38,122 nucleotides of DNA from a virus (Duplodnaviria > Heunggongvirae > Uroviricota > Caudoviricetes), in the IMG/VR virus record IMGVR_UViG_2698536574_000031; one strand, 5' to 3'. Under the pieces are notes generated by a model, which made no database searches, was not told the DNA's origin, and worked only from the letters and a program-made list of their open reading frames with translations. Positions 17,882-27,512 of this stretch are shown in pieces. The position numbers and the translations under genes are program-made. How positions within the stretch are numbered: the first letter of the stretch is position 1; each line of letters begins with the position of its first letter.

Positions 17882-18288
17882 GCACGGGCCTGTTTCGCTT
17901 TGTTACCGGTCTTTTTCCGGGGAGCATCCTGTCCGGCTTCGGCTTCGGCTTCGGCTTCGGCTTCGGCTTCGGCTTCGGCTTCGGCTTCGGCTTCGGCTTC
18001 GGCTCCGGCTAAATCTGTACCGGCCACTGCATGAACCACACCCGCCACGCTCCCCGCATCATCAGCAGACGTCTGTAGTATTCGCACAGTGAGGCATGGC
18101 TCCGCCTCCAGTCGGGCAAGCTGCTCCGGGGTGACCTCAACCTGCTGACGTCCACGCGTGAACAGAAACCCCGCACGACGAAACGCCGAACGACTGCAAC
18201 GCACTTCTGCCAGCACCGTGACAGAATTGTCACCACTGACCTGAAGACCTGAATCATCTGTTGCTGCCACAGTGTGATGTTCATTCAT
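17878..18288 (-). CDS. hypothetical head-region protein with C-terminal (EA)11 tract and basic tail
   Basis: 136 aa; ...LAGA(EA)11GQDAPRKKTGNKAKQARA. Confidence 0.5.
   Translation of the reverse strand: MNEHHTVAATDDSGLQVSGDNSVTVLAEVRCSRSAFRRAGFLFTRGRQQVEVTPEQLARLEAEPCLTVRILQTSADDAGSVAGVVHAVAGTDLAGAEAEAEAEAEAEAEAEAEAEAEAGQDAPRKKTGNKAKQARA
17935..18006. repeat. perfect hexanucleotide tandem repeat (GGCTTC)x11 plus one degenerate unit GGCTCC
   Basis: Read directly: 66 bp of uninterrupted GGCTTC followed by GGCTCC; in frame with ORF 17878..18288. Confidence 0.95.
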
Positions 18289-18331
18289 ATTTGCCCTCCG
18301 CAGGGGCCGGGCCGTAAACCCGGCTCACCGT

Positions 18332-19279
18332 TTACAGATAATCCGCGACAACCAGCTCCAGCTTGCCCTTCATCTCGTTAGAGACGGTTGCGTTTCCGTC
18401 TGCGAACAGTTCACGCTCCAGCAGCTGCACCGCCTGTTTTTCCAGCGAGGTGGGGACAACAATATGGGTGGGTTTGATGCCGAGTTTGCGGCCACCGTCA
18501 GCGGTAAATTCGCGCATGGCTGACCAGCCGTGCCACAGTGCATCCAGCGTCAGCGGTGACTGCATCATGTAGGCCATCTGCCAGAAGCCGTAGCCCACAT
18601 TGCGACGGGCGGAAGCACCGAACACAAATTCGTTATCGGTGAATGCGCGACCTTCATCGACTTTGGTCTGGGCAACCAGTTCAGCCTTACGGCGATCCTG
18701 ATAAATCAGCGGTTTGATTGCGCGTGAACAGTCGAGCAGATACCAGGCAGGACCGCTGTAATCCGCCTGTGCACCGACAGAGCCGGTTTTTGCCACAAAC
18801 ATATTGCTGACCATCTGCGCATCCCCGGAGCCATCCACTTTGGGGTAAACCGGATGTTCGGTATCAAAGAAGTTCTGACCGTCATAGCAGGCCGCACTGA
18901 TCCCGTCACGCAGGGCAGCAAAGACCAGCTCATCCGGTTGTACCGCCGCAGCGCGCCCCATCTCCTGGAACAACGGGGAATAAATACCGAGGTTGTCGTC
19001 TTCGAAGTCATCGCGGCTAATGGCGACAGTGCCTTCAAAAGTTTTGTTCACGATGGCATAGCCATAGGCTTTCATCTTCTCGATGACGCGGGAGCCGATC
19101 CACTCACGGAACTGCGGGAACTGCCCCAGCCAGCCGTAGGTGTTGGATTTCGATGTGGAGGGCACGGTCATCGCAATTTTTTTGTACTGCGACGGGGCCA
19201 TGGACATCCCGGCCTGAAAATCAGAACGGTAGCCCGTCATCAGGGCGGTGATCATCGCCGGTGTAATCGGGGTAGGCAT
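18332..19279 (-). CDS. major capsid protein (Mu T-like)
   Basis: 315 aa immediately after the protease/scaffold gene. Confidence 0.8.
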   Translation of the reverse strand: MPTPITPAMITALMTGYRSDFQAGMSMAPSQYKKIAMTVPSTSKSNTYGWLGQFPQFREWIGSRVIEKMKAYGYAIVNKTFEGTVAISRDDFEDDNLGIYSPLFQEMGRAAAVQPDELVFAALRDGISAACYDGQNFFDTEHPVYPKVDGSGDAQMVSNMFVAKTGSVGAQADYSGPAWYLLDCSRAIKPLIYQDRRKAELVAQTKVDEGRAFTDNEFVFGASARRNVGYGFWQMAYMMQSPLTLDALWHGWSAMREFTADGGRKLGIKPTHIVVPTSLEKQAVQLLERELFADGNATVSNEMKGKLELVVADYL

Positions 19280-20403
19280 TATTGCATTTCCTCTTTCATT
19301 TTCAGGAACTCGGCTTCGGTTTTACCCAGCAGTTTGGCGGCCGCGATATCTTCAGCCGACAGCACAGCGGTGGCAGTCTTTTTATCCGGCACGGTCACGG
19401 TGTCGGTCTGAAGGCCGGTCAGGGCCGCAACCGGCTGGCGGGCGTCAAGCTGTGCAGAAAGTGCCGCCACGCCAATCTGCCCGCCCAGTTGTTCCAGATA
19501 GCCGCGTTCACTTTTGAAGATGCGTCCTTCGGACTCGGCCTTGTCCAGCAACTGCTCCAGCGTGGTGCTGCCGTGCTGCGCCGACAGCGCAACGTATTCG
19601 GTACGCAGGGCGTTATACGTTTCAACGGGCACGTATTTCGTCAGGTCAATACTGCCGCCAGCCGGTGTGCCTTTTGCAGTTTCCAGCTCTGCCGACAGAC
19701 TGGCGACCTGTGTTTTCAGGTTGTCGTGTGCATCCGCACGGGTTTTGATCCCGGTGAGGGCAGACAGCGCTGCCGTGCCCAGCTCCGGCGTAAATTCGTC
19801 ACCGTCAGCCACGGTCAGACCGAGCGCCGTCAGCAACTGGCGTAATTGCTCATTCATGGAGGTATCCTTTAAAGGAGGGTTTAAGGCGTTATAAAGGTCA
19901 TCCGCCGACAGTGCGGCGACAGGATTCATGCCGGTCAGACCGGGGTCACCGGTAATAGCCAGCATCCGAAGTTCGACAGGTTCGCCGGTGCTCTCGTCAT
20001 AGCCAATCACCGGTGAAAACCAGGGGAATTCGTTATTACGCAGATGTTCAAGGGCCGGAGGGTTCCACTTCGGGCGCACCTCGAAACCTCGCTCTTCACT
20101 GAAGCGAAAATTCTCCGGTGAGGCCATCACAAAACCGGCAGCCGGTGCCGGATGTCCCTCAATCAGGGTCTGGTGGTTGTAGTCAATTTTCACCGGCTGA
20201 TTGAGCGCCACAACCCGGGAGACCATGCGCTCAACGGCTGCATGGTTGATCAGCCAGCCCTCGGCCGGTTTTTCCGGGCGACCGTCACGGGCCTTTACCC
20301 GACCGGCTGGCATGATCTGACACCAGTCACCGTCCCCGTCTGCGGACAGGCTGATGGCATTCAGAATGGCATAAGCAAGTTTGGGCGTGTTTTTCGTCTT
20401 CAT
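19279..20403 (-). CDS. head maturation protease/scaffold protein (Mu I-like)
   Basis: 374 aa with Ala/Glu-rich helical C-terminal half. Confidence 0.75.
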   Translation of the reverse strand: MKTKNTPKLAYAILNAISLSADGDGDWCQIMPAGRVKARDGRPEKPAEGWLINHAAVERMVSRVVALNQPVKIDYNHQTLIEGHPAPAAGFVMASPENFRFSEERGFEVRPKWNPPALEHLRNNEFPWFSPVIGYDESTGEPVELRMLAITGDPGLTGMNPVAALSADDLYNALNPPLKDTSMNEQLRQLLTALGLTVADGDEFTPELGTAALSALTGIKTRADAHDNLKTQVASLSAELETAKGTPAGGSIDLTKYVPVETYNALRTEYVALSAQHGSTTLEQLLDKAESEGRIFKSERGYLEQLGGQIGVAALSAQLDARQPVAALTGLQTDTVTVPDKKTATAVLSAEDIAAAKLLGKTEAEFLKMKEEMQ

Positions 20404-20579
20404 TCCGGCAGCATAGGCCGGGAATTTTCAGGGCGGGTTTTGCGGGATTTCAGGAAGTGCTTTCAGGGGAAAAATACAAAGGCGCTTCACGCAGATTTTA
20501 AAGCCCGTTAAATTCAGGTTAGAAAATCACGACACGCGCCTGAAGGGGGTAAGGTAATGCATTTGCATACCTTAAACAA
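20404..20579 (-). promoter_or_regulatory. 176-bp intergenic region upstream of the protease/scaffold gene; candidate activator-dependent late promoter
   Basis: Three direct TTTCAGG repeats (20426, 20448, 20461), a near-palindrome ATGCATTTGCAT and a CCCCC run; in Mu the I gene has its own C-dependent promoter. Confidence 0.3.
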
Positions 20580-21053
20580 TTAAGGCGTTTCTGTGGCCTT
20601 TTTAAAGCGTTTTCTGATTTCGTCCATGATCTCCTGCTCTGCCACCTGATCAAAGCCCATATACGGACGTGCACCAATGGCCGCCGGTCCAGGCGGCATA
20701 CCTGGCAGGCCCCCCCACTGATGAATGGCCGCATAAGGCTCATTTGATCCAATCAGCGCCCAGGTATCGCCATAATCCGTGGTCAGGCGTCGGGCCAGAT
20801 CGCCGTTCAGCGTCAGGATTTTGCCGGGCATGTATCCCTTACGGGTACGCCACTTGCGGTAAGGATCTGACCAGTCATGCCAGCGTTCGCCGTCCGGCTC
20901 TTTTTCCTGTTCAAACGCCATTTCTGACGATGACAGAAGGCTGGACGCCACACTGCGGGTCAGGTCTTTTCCACCACCCACAAACTGAAGCCGGGCAAAG
21001 ACCCGCTGGAGACGCGTAACGTCAACAACGACAGCGGCATCAATGGATGACAT
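20580..21053 (-). CDS. virion morphogenesis protein (Mu G-like)
   Basis: 157 aa; GGAGG 5 nt upstream of ATG. Confidence 0.65.
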   Translation of the reverse strand: MSSIDAAVVVDVTRLQRVFARLQFVGGGKDLTRSVASSLLSSSEMAFEQEKEPDGERWHDWSDPYRKWRTRKGYMPGKILTLNGDLARRLTTDYGDTWALIGSNEPYAAIHQWGGLPGMPPGPAAIGARPYMGFDQVAEQEIMDEIRKRFKKATETP

Positions 21054-21174
21054 ATTGCCTCCGCATAAAGGATGAATATAAAATAAACAGGCGGTCAGTG
21101 TACGCTTAACTGGTAAAGTCGGTGCCTGCCTCCGGGTGGATCATGTATGCGGGTTCGACCCCCGCCACTGACCG

Positions 21175-22506
21175 TTAATCAATATATCCTTCCAGTACCT
21201 CAAGCATTCCGCCCCGGATATCCGATTTCAGCTTATCCATATTGATAACCCGGTAAGCATTAACAATCACATCCAGTTTATCCGGCTGACGCTTCAGGCT
21301 GTACGGTGCATTAACGGCAATCTGCACACTGCCATCCTGATTTTCCACGATATACATCAGATTGTTGTGCCGTTTGTCCCACAGTACCGCTTTTGGCCTT
21401 GCCAGCATTGCCGGTAAGCGCCCGAAATCCTCCGGCGTCAGGGCGATACCGTCATTCTGATGTTTCATGCTGTCCGCATGGAGCACATTTTTACCGCTCA
21501 TCGCCAGCAGGCGGGCCGGTGGCGTTCCCGTCCGGCTTTCCACCGCCTGCGCAATGCTTTCGGTCATAAAGCCCAGCGTGCGGATATCGTTACCGCCTCG
21601 CCGGGTTTTCATGATGTTTTTTGCCCAGATGCGGAACGCCAGCTGCCGCTCCGGGCTGTTGTTCATCTCCTGAACCACCATTTCCCGCAGCGCCGGGCTT
21701 TTCACCTCGATCAGTTTACGGATCAGCGCCTGGTCTGTGCCGAACGCCGCCGAACCGGGGTTATATGACCAGCCCACATCCGGTGTCATGGTTCTGGTGC
21801 CATCTGAATATGTGGTCACCGGCATTTCTCTGACTTCCCCGGTCTGCTTATCCACGCCAACCTCAACATTGCGGGTGGAGAGATGATCCTGACCGGATGA
21901 AACGGATAACCCCATTGCATCCAGACGGGCCTGAGACAATGGCCGGACACGGCAGCGGCAGTTCCAGCCATTGGGTGGGTAGTGTGTATTCCAGAACGGA
22001 TCGTCATAGCGGAATACCAGCCCGTTAAGGGCGGAATGCGCCGGGCGGGTGCGGCTGTCCATCACCGCCACATACTGCCAGAACGGATGCGTGTCCGTGT
22101 TGTTCATCATCTGCGTGTAACGCCCGGCATTGTAAGCCACGCGGGTGTTCACGTTGTAAATCAGCGCCAGACGGCGGGGATTACCCAGCTGCACTTCTTC
22201 CGCGTTACCGGCGCTGTCCACCACAATCTGCTTTCCCCACCATCCCAGCTTTTGCAGGCGGGGGGTCAGTGTGCGGATAAATGCTTTCTGTGAAATCCCC
22301 TCATCAACAGCACGCTGCACTTCCGCCTGTAGTGTGGTCAGTACGTCCAGGCGTGCCACTTTTGCCGCCGTGAATGAACGGGCATGAACATCTGCGTTTG
22401 TTTCGAACCAGTTCCAGCTGATATGCGCCCCTTTGGCGCGGAAGTATGCCACCGCCTCTTTTGAGGGAAGGGTGGCGGCATAACCTAAATCAATCCCCTG
22501 TGCCAT
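21175..22506 (-). CDS. head morphogenesis protein (Mu F-like)
   Basis: 443 aa directly downstream of portal. Confidence 0.75.
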   Translation of the reverse strand: MAQGIDLGYAATLPSKEAVAYFRAKGAHISWNWFETNADVHARSFTAAKVARLDVLTTLQAEVQRAVDEGISQKAFIRTLTPRLQKLGWWGKQIVVDSAGNAEEVQLGNPRRLALIYNVNTRVAYNAGRYTQMMNNTDTHPFWQYVAVMDSRTRPAHSALNGLVFRYDDPFWNTHYPPNGWNCRCRVRPLSQARLDAMGLSVSSGQDHLSTRNVEVGVDKQTGEVREMPVTTYSDGTRTMTPDVGWSYNPGSAAFGTDQALIRKLIEVKSPALREMVVQEMNNSPERQLAFRIWAKNIMKTRRGGNDIRTLGFMTESIAQAVESRTGTPPARLLAMSGKNVLHADSMKHQNDGIALTPEDFGRLPAMLARPKAVLWDKRHNNLMYIVENQDGSVQIAVNAPYSLKRQPDKLDVIVNAYRVINMDKLKSDIRGGMLEVLEGYID

Positions 22507-24088
22507 CCAGCATCCCCTTCATCTCCGCAGCAAACATGGCATCACTGAGCAGCGTCATCAGGCGGGAATCATCCATTTCACGGTAAAGGGCAGGCAGGTC
22601 TGCCAGTGCCTCCGCCAGCCCCCGCGTTCTGATGGCATCAATGACCGGCTCCAGTACCGGGTCGATGGCCTCCTGTAACCGGCGGGCAGGCACCGCATCC
22701 CCCATGTCGTCCAGTTCATCTCGGGGGCTGCTTTTCGCTTCCGGCAGTCTGGCAGCCAGCGCTGTCTGCTCTGTCTTCTCCTGTTTTTCCGGTGGCATCT
22801 CTTTGTCTGTCTGAGCAGGTTCATTGCCACTCTGACGGACACGGAAGATGGCTTCACCGGGGGCAGGCTGTGGAATACCGGTCTGCTCCCGTACCCAGGG
22901 ATCAGGAATATCCATCCCCGTACTGAGCTGCATCACCGCACTGGTGATTTTGGTGATATCCCCCGGCTCTTTTGTCTGGAAACAGATACGCGGCAGGCGA
23001 CGGATATCAATGGCGTGGGCGGTGTTCAGGGCATACAGCGGATACACCAGATCGCGGTTCAGCGTGGCGGCCAGCTGACGTAAATCAGAATCCCTGATTT
23101 CCCGGCGCACCTCGTTATGTACTTCACCCAGCGAACGTGCGCCCTTGTCTCCGGCTTCCGTGGTCAGCGTGCCGCCGAGGATAGCTTTGGAGATGGAACG
23201 CTCCCCCCACGAAATCATGGTTTCAAACGGATCGGCCTGACCGTTCGCTGCCGCCTGAAACTCCAGCGACATCCCGGCCGGGATGATCCCGCCTGTACGT
23301 CGACCGATATCCATCACCGCCCGCATCAGGGCGCTTTTCTGCTCCGGTGTTGCCCCGGAGGGGTATTTACCGACCTTCATCGGCAGGCCGTACACCTCCA
23401 GAAATTCAGCCAGATCGCGCACGGAATAGTTTTTGAAAATGAACGGCCAGATAAGCGTTCTGACAAGCCCCGTCGCACCACCGTAGCCGGTGCGTGAACG
23501 TGACTGATGCACTATCCAGCCAAAGGGCTGAAACGCCACCCCGGCATGGCTGCCGTCACGCAGCCGCAGTTCGCTCAAATCATCCGGGTTAAGGCAGAAA
23601 TGCCCGCTGTCACGCCAGCGGATGGCGCGGATGATGTGCATTTTACCGAGCATCCCGTGCTCAATCTCCATGCAGGAATAGCCTTTCAGGATGGCATCGG
23701 TGGCATCAAACAGCATGGCATCAAACCAGTCGGCGGAATGCAGGTATTCGTCGAGCATTTCCGCGTCCTTTTTCTCATTCGCGCTGGCGTTCGGTGGCGG
23801 CTCAATACTCCAGGGCACCCCCTGAATGGCAAGGCGTCGCTTGCCCAGCTCTGCAAAAAGGTGGGTATCCTTTTCTTCAATGTCAGCCGCCAGATCGGAC
23901 TGGGCAATCAGATCGCCACGTTCAGCCCCGCGAAGGCACTGCGCCGCCCGGTTCGGGGTGATACCCGAGGCCGGATGTTCAATATAACGGCTGGCAATCT
24001 GCGGAATATCCAGCACGGCACTCTGCATCTCCGGAGCAAAGGAGAAAGGTTTTCCGTCAAGATCAATTATGCGTCCCACTACCAGCAC
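22490..24088 (-). CDS. portal protein (Mu gp29/H-like)
   Basis: 532 aa directly downstream of large terminase. Confidence 0.8.
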   Translation of the reverse strand: MLVVGRIIDLDGKPFSFAPEMQSAVLDIPQIASRYIEHPASGITPNRAAQCLRGAERGDLIAQSDLAADIEEKDTHLFAELGKRRLAIQGVPWSIEPPPNASANEKKDAEMLDEYLHSADWFDAMLFDATDAILKGYSCMEIEHGMLGKMHIIRAIRWRDSGHFCLNPDDLSELRLRDGSHAGVAFQPFGWIVHQSRSRTGYGGATGLVRTLIWPFIFKNYSVRDLAEFLEVYGLPMKVGKYPSGATPEQKSALMRAVMDIGRRTGGIIPAGMSLEFQAAANGQADPFETMISWGERSISKAILGGTLTTEAGDKGARSLGEVHNEVRREIRDSDLRQLAATLNRDLVYPLYALNTAHAIDIRRLPRICFQTKEPGDITKITSAVMQLSTGMDIPDPWVREQTGIPQPAPGEAIFRVRQSGNEPAQTDKEMPPEKQEKTEQTALAARLPEAKSSPRDELDDMGDAVPARRLQEAIDPVLEPVIDAIRTRGLAEALADLPALYREMDDSRLMTLLSDAMFAAEMKGMLDGTGD

Positions 24089-25743
24089 CCCCGATCAAAT
24101 TCATGATATGCCTCATCGTCATCACGATAACCGCCCTCCATTGCCCGCGACCGTTCCGGCAGCGCCTGACAGGCTGATTCATCCAGGATGAAGCCCTCCA
24201 TGTATGACGCCCGGTTTGCCATACAGAGCGCCACGGCAAAATCACCATGGCGGCGGGCGTTCACAGCTGTTGCGTTCTGGTCCTTCGTACGCCCCTTGTC
24301 GATTTGCGGGATACCGTTCACCACCTTCACATGGCGCAAATCATCAAGCGTGGTCTGATGGCGGGCGACGAGGATATTCTGATCCTCAAACTCGGCCTTC
24401 AGTTTTGGCATCCACTCGCCGTACCACTTCGGCGATAACATCACGCAGTCGATGATGTCCGGGCCAAAGGCCAGCAGCGCGGCTTCGGCCAGATAGCCGC
24501 CGTTACCGGTGGCGTCGAACGCCGCACCGACCAGCGCCGGAACGCGGGTCAGGATGTACATCATCACCTGCTCCTGCTGGGCATACGGCAGGTTGCGCAG
24601 CTCCACGCGAAACACCTCGCGTTTTGCCAGGGATTCAGTGATTTCCAGCAGCACAAAGCAGGACAGGTCTCCGGTGCGGGCAAAGTCTTCCCCGAAGCTG
24701 AATCGGGAACGGGGATTTAACGCCTCTAAAAGCGGTTTTAAATGTTCTTCACACCAGGTTAAAACCTCCGATTCACGCAGCCATGCGGCACGGCTGATGA
24801 AGTCGTCCGGGGCTTCAAACGTCAGAATCGGGATGTCGCGGATCATCGCCATTTCAATAAGCGCGTGAGGAATATAGGCACCGCCGGATTTTTTCGGGAT
24901 ACAGCCGTATTCCTCGTCGGCATCCTCACGGGTCGGGGCGTTTTTGTAGAGATCATCACGCCACTTCTGCTCGCTTTCCGGTGACCATTCGCGGCCGGTG
25001 ACATAACAGATACGACGGTACAGCCCGTCCGCAATGGCATCATCCAGGGTAATGCGGTGGACGCTGTAATCCTTGCGCCCCTCGCGGGCTTCCTGAATGT
25101 ACTGATTAAACAGATTATCGACGCCGTTATGCGTGGAGATAATACGCACGCGCGCGCCCCACATGGTGAGCGCCATTGCCGCCTTGAGAAGCTCATCCAG
25201 TGACTCGTGGAACGCGGCTTCATCAATCACCACATCCCCCTGAAGGCCGCGCAGGTTTGACGGACGGGAAGACAGTGCCTGAATTTTGAATCCACTGTTC
25301 GGAAAGCGGATCATGTAGGTCAGAATTTCTTCTTTTTTATCCCGATCCCAGAAGGTCTGCTCATACACATCAGCATCGGCCAGCTGGTTAAAGGCACGGG
25401 AGAACAGTGCGCAGGCAGAAATATATTCCAGCGCCATCTCCTGCTTTGACCCCACATAAAACACATTACGGCCACCACGCCGCTTCGGTTTTGCAGCGGT
25501 AATGACGTTACGCCCGGCTTCCGCCCAGGTAAGCCCGGTGCGGCGGGATTTTTCCGCGATGCAGACCTCACTTTCATCCTCAAACCAGCGGGCCTGATAA
25601 TCCAGAAATACCGGCATATCACCGGGCAAATCAAGGCTGTCCGGCACATCCACGCCCAGCAGGGCTTTTTCACCGGCCAGATCAATTTTGCGGGTGGAGA
25701 CGGTATTCGTCAGTAAGGGGGAGAGTTCTTCGGCGTTATTCAT
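24079..25743 (-). CDS. terminase large subunit (Mu gp28-like)
   Basis: 554 aa; position before portal. Confidence 0.8.
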   Translation of the reverse strand: MNNAEELSPLLTNTVSTRKIDLAGEKALLGVDVPDSLDLPGDMPVFLDYQARWFEDESEVCIAEKSRRTGLTWAEAGRNVITAAKPKRRGGRNVFYVGSKQEMALEYISACALFSRAFNQLADADVYEQTFWDRDKKEEILTYMIRFPNSGFKIQALSSRPSNLRGLQGDVVIDEAAFHESLDELLKAAMALTMWGARVRIISTHNGVDNLFNQYIQEAREGRKDYSVHRITLDDAIADGLYRRICYVTGREWSPESEQKWRDDLYKNAPTREDADEEYGCIPKKSGGAYIPHALIEMAMIRDIPILTFEAPDDFISRAAWLRESEVLTWCEEHLKPLLEALNPRSRFSFGEDFARTGDLSCFVLLEITESLAKREVFRVELRNLPYAQQEQVMMYILTRVPALVGAAFDATGNGGYLAEAALLAFGPDIIDCVMLSPKWYGEWMPKLKAEFEDQNILVARHQTTLDDLRHVKVVNGIPQIDKGRTKDQNATAVNARRHGDFAVALCMANRASYMEGFILDESACQALPERSRAMEGGYRDDDEAYHEFDRGCW

Positions 25744-26324
25744 CAGGCTTTACCCAACAGAATCCCCTTAATACGGGACTCAAGCTGTTCACTCATCCCG
25801 TCCACGCCGCGCAGCTCGTCGGTGACGGCGTTTGCCATCTCTTCAGCAAATGCGGCCCGGATTTCTTTTTCACGCTTAATGCTGCGCTCGGCGGCACTTT
25901 CCGCACGCTGTGCTGACAGGAGGATGTCCTTAATAAGACGCATATCCACGTCGCTGTCACTGTTCAGGGATTCGGTCGCGGCACGCAGACGGCGGTACAT
26001 CAGGGCGCGGGACATCTCCAGAATCAGCGCTGTGGTTTCACCGGTTGGCTTGTCTCCCAGTTCGGCCATCATGGCTTTTGTCTGCTCGCGTAAATCACGC
26101 AGGTTACGGGCAATCAGCTCATTACGGGAGGCTTCCCGGCTGATGGCCGCCGGTGAAAGCTGCTGCTCTTCCGGCAGGCCCGCCTCACGGATCAGACGGT
26201 TGATTTCCTCGCGGATCTGGACCTGCGTCAGACGTTTTTCACGCAGCATTTCCAGCAGTGGCTTACGGATGCTGTCGGGGAGCAAATCCACCTTGCGCAC
26301 GCGTCCACGCGTCGGCTTGTCCAT
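25743..26324 (-). CDS. putative terminase small subunit (Mu gp27-like)
   Basis: 193 aa, helical and charged, immediately upstream of the large terminase. Confidence 0.55.
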   Translation of the reverse strand: MDKPTRGRVRKVDLLPDSIRKPLLEMLREKRLTQVQIREEINRLIREAGLPEEQQLSPAAISREASRNELIARNLRDLREQTKAMMAELGDKPTGETTALILEMSRALMYRRLRAATESLNSDSDVDMRLIKDILLSAQRAESAAERSIKREKEIRAAFAEEMANAVTDELRGVDGMSEQLESRIKGILLGKA

Positions 26325-26326
26325 CG

Positions 26327-26617
26327 TTACCCCCTTGCGCGTGGTTTCTTCACACCCGGAACGCTGGCGCGACCTTCCGCCACATCCTGACCCCGGCCGG
26401 TCAGTTCGGCGATGAAATAACCGTTAACGAGCGTGCGCTTACGCACCAGTCCCTGCTCGGCAAGCCAGGCAATGTGGGTGTGAACGGTGTCGCGGGACAC
26501 GCGGTGGCCGTAATCATCCAGACAGTCCTGGAGCACGGATTCACCCAGTTCACCGTTGTAATCTGCCAGCGACCGCAGAATGACCAGACGCTGATCTTCA
26601 GTAATGAAATCACTCAT
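26327..26617 (-). CDS. hypothetical protein (Mu gp26-like)
   Basis: 96 aa; synteny. Confidence 0.45.
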   Translation of the reverse strand: MSDFITEDQRLVILRSLADYNGELGESVLQDCLDDYGHRVSRDTVHTHIAWLAEQGLVRKRTLVNGYFIAELTGRGQDVAEGRASVPGVKKPRARG

Positions 26618-26922
26618 TGCGTTTTTTTCCTTACAGCCTGCTCCAGCAGCAGTTCGTTCTGATAGGAGACAGAGCGGAGCGTGGCGTTCGTGGTTTTCAG
26701 TTCACCCCGCAGGGTCACGATTTCCACATTCAGACGGTTGACCTCGGCTTCTGTCGGCAGTGACGACAGGCGGGTTTCCACCTTCTCAACGCGGTCGGAG
26801 AGTTTTTCAAAGGCCTCGCGGGGGACAAACGTTTTGCGCATCAGCGCCATGAATATCCCGCCAGCGGTTGCCGTCGCCGAAAGGATCGGCACAACATAAT
26901 CTTTAACGATGCTGACCCACAT
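26614..26922 (-). CDS. membrane protein with N-terminal TM helix and coiled coil (candidate holin-like)
   Basis: VPILSATATAGGIFMALM hydrophobic segment followed by a helical tract; located in the lysis cluster. Confidence 0.45.
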   Translation of the reverse strand: MWVSIVKDYVVPILSATATAGGIFMALMRKTFVPREAFEKLSDRVEKVETRLSSLPTEAEVNRLNVEIVTLRGELKTTNATLRSVSYQNELLLEQAVRKKTQ

Positions 26923-27130
26923 GACGGGCCTCCATGATGTTCTGGCAGTTCACACAACGGATGGCATCCGGCACAGCAACAAGACGTGCGGCGGGGATCT
27001 CTCCGCCACAGTCCGCGCAGACACGTCTGCCCGGAGCATCCATTGCCCGGCGCTTACGTGTCAGCCGGTTACAAAGGGCGCGTTCTGATCCCCGCTCCAT
27101 CACAGCCTGAGCACGATCTGAATCATCCAT
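26903..27130 (-). CDS. TraR/DksA-family C4 zinc-finger protein
   Basis: CADCGGEIPAARL...CVNCQ; start taken at internal MDDSDR with AAGGAAAAAGG upstream. Confidence 0.6.
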   Translation of the reverse strand: MDDSDRAQAVMERGSERALCNRLTRKRRAMDAPGRRVCADCGGEIPAARLVAVPDAIRCVNCQNIMEARHVGQHR

Positions 27131-27140
27131 ACCTTTTTCC

Positions 27141-27512
27141 TTACTTCGTCTTTCCTGCCGGAACAGCAGGCGTTCCGGCCATATCAGTAAATTCATGTTG
27201 TCGCCGCGCCTCCAGACGACGAATACTGGCCTTGTCCACGTTGCAGTTCTTGATCACCGCCAGCAGTTGCAGGTTGTAAGTGACCGATGCCCCAAACGTG
27301 AACGGCTCCGGCGCAGGAGGGACCAGGCAGTCAGCCAGCCATTCAGCGGGGATCGGCACCGGCTTCACAGGCACGTATTTCACAGACGGCCCGGCGCACC
27401 CGATCAGCCACATCATCAGGAACAGGGGCAGAGGCCGCAGGCACTGCCGCCAGCGACCGGCGGACAACGCTCTGCTGCCCCTCGCTGTGCTGAATGTTCT
27501 GTTGTTTTTCAT
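27141..27512 (-). CDS. o-spanin (outer-membrane lipoprotein, Rz1-like), overlapping the i-spanin in another frame
   Basis: Lipobox LIGC after a hydrophobic stretch; Pro-rich mature part PVKPVPIPAEW...PPAPEP; start codon choice uncertain. Confidence 0.5.
   Translation of the reverse strand: MKNNRTFSTARGSRALSAGRWRQCLRPLPLFLMMWLIGCAGPSVKYVPVKPVPIPAEWLADCLVPPAPEPFTFGASVTYNLQLLAVIKNCNVDKASIRRLEARRQHEFTDMAGTPAVPAGKTK

Noticed and set aside
17935-18006. Possible CRISPR-like array
   Set aside because: The unit is only 6 bp with no spacers; it is a microsatellite inside a coding sequence.
17880-18092. + strand ORF encoding (LR)n
   Set aside because: It is the opposite-strand reading of the (GGCTTC)n repeat; no independent coding signal.
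21149-21173. tRNA-like T-arm (GCGGG-TTCGACC-CCCGC) with a possible 7-bp acceptor pairing
   Set aside because: No 5-bp stem/7-nt loop anticodon arm or convincing D-arm can be formed in the 30 nt between; treated as an intergenic hairpin, not a tRNA.
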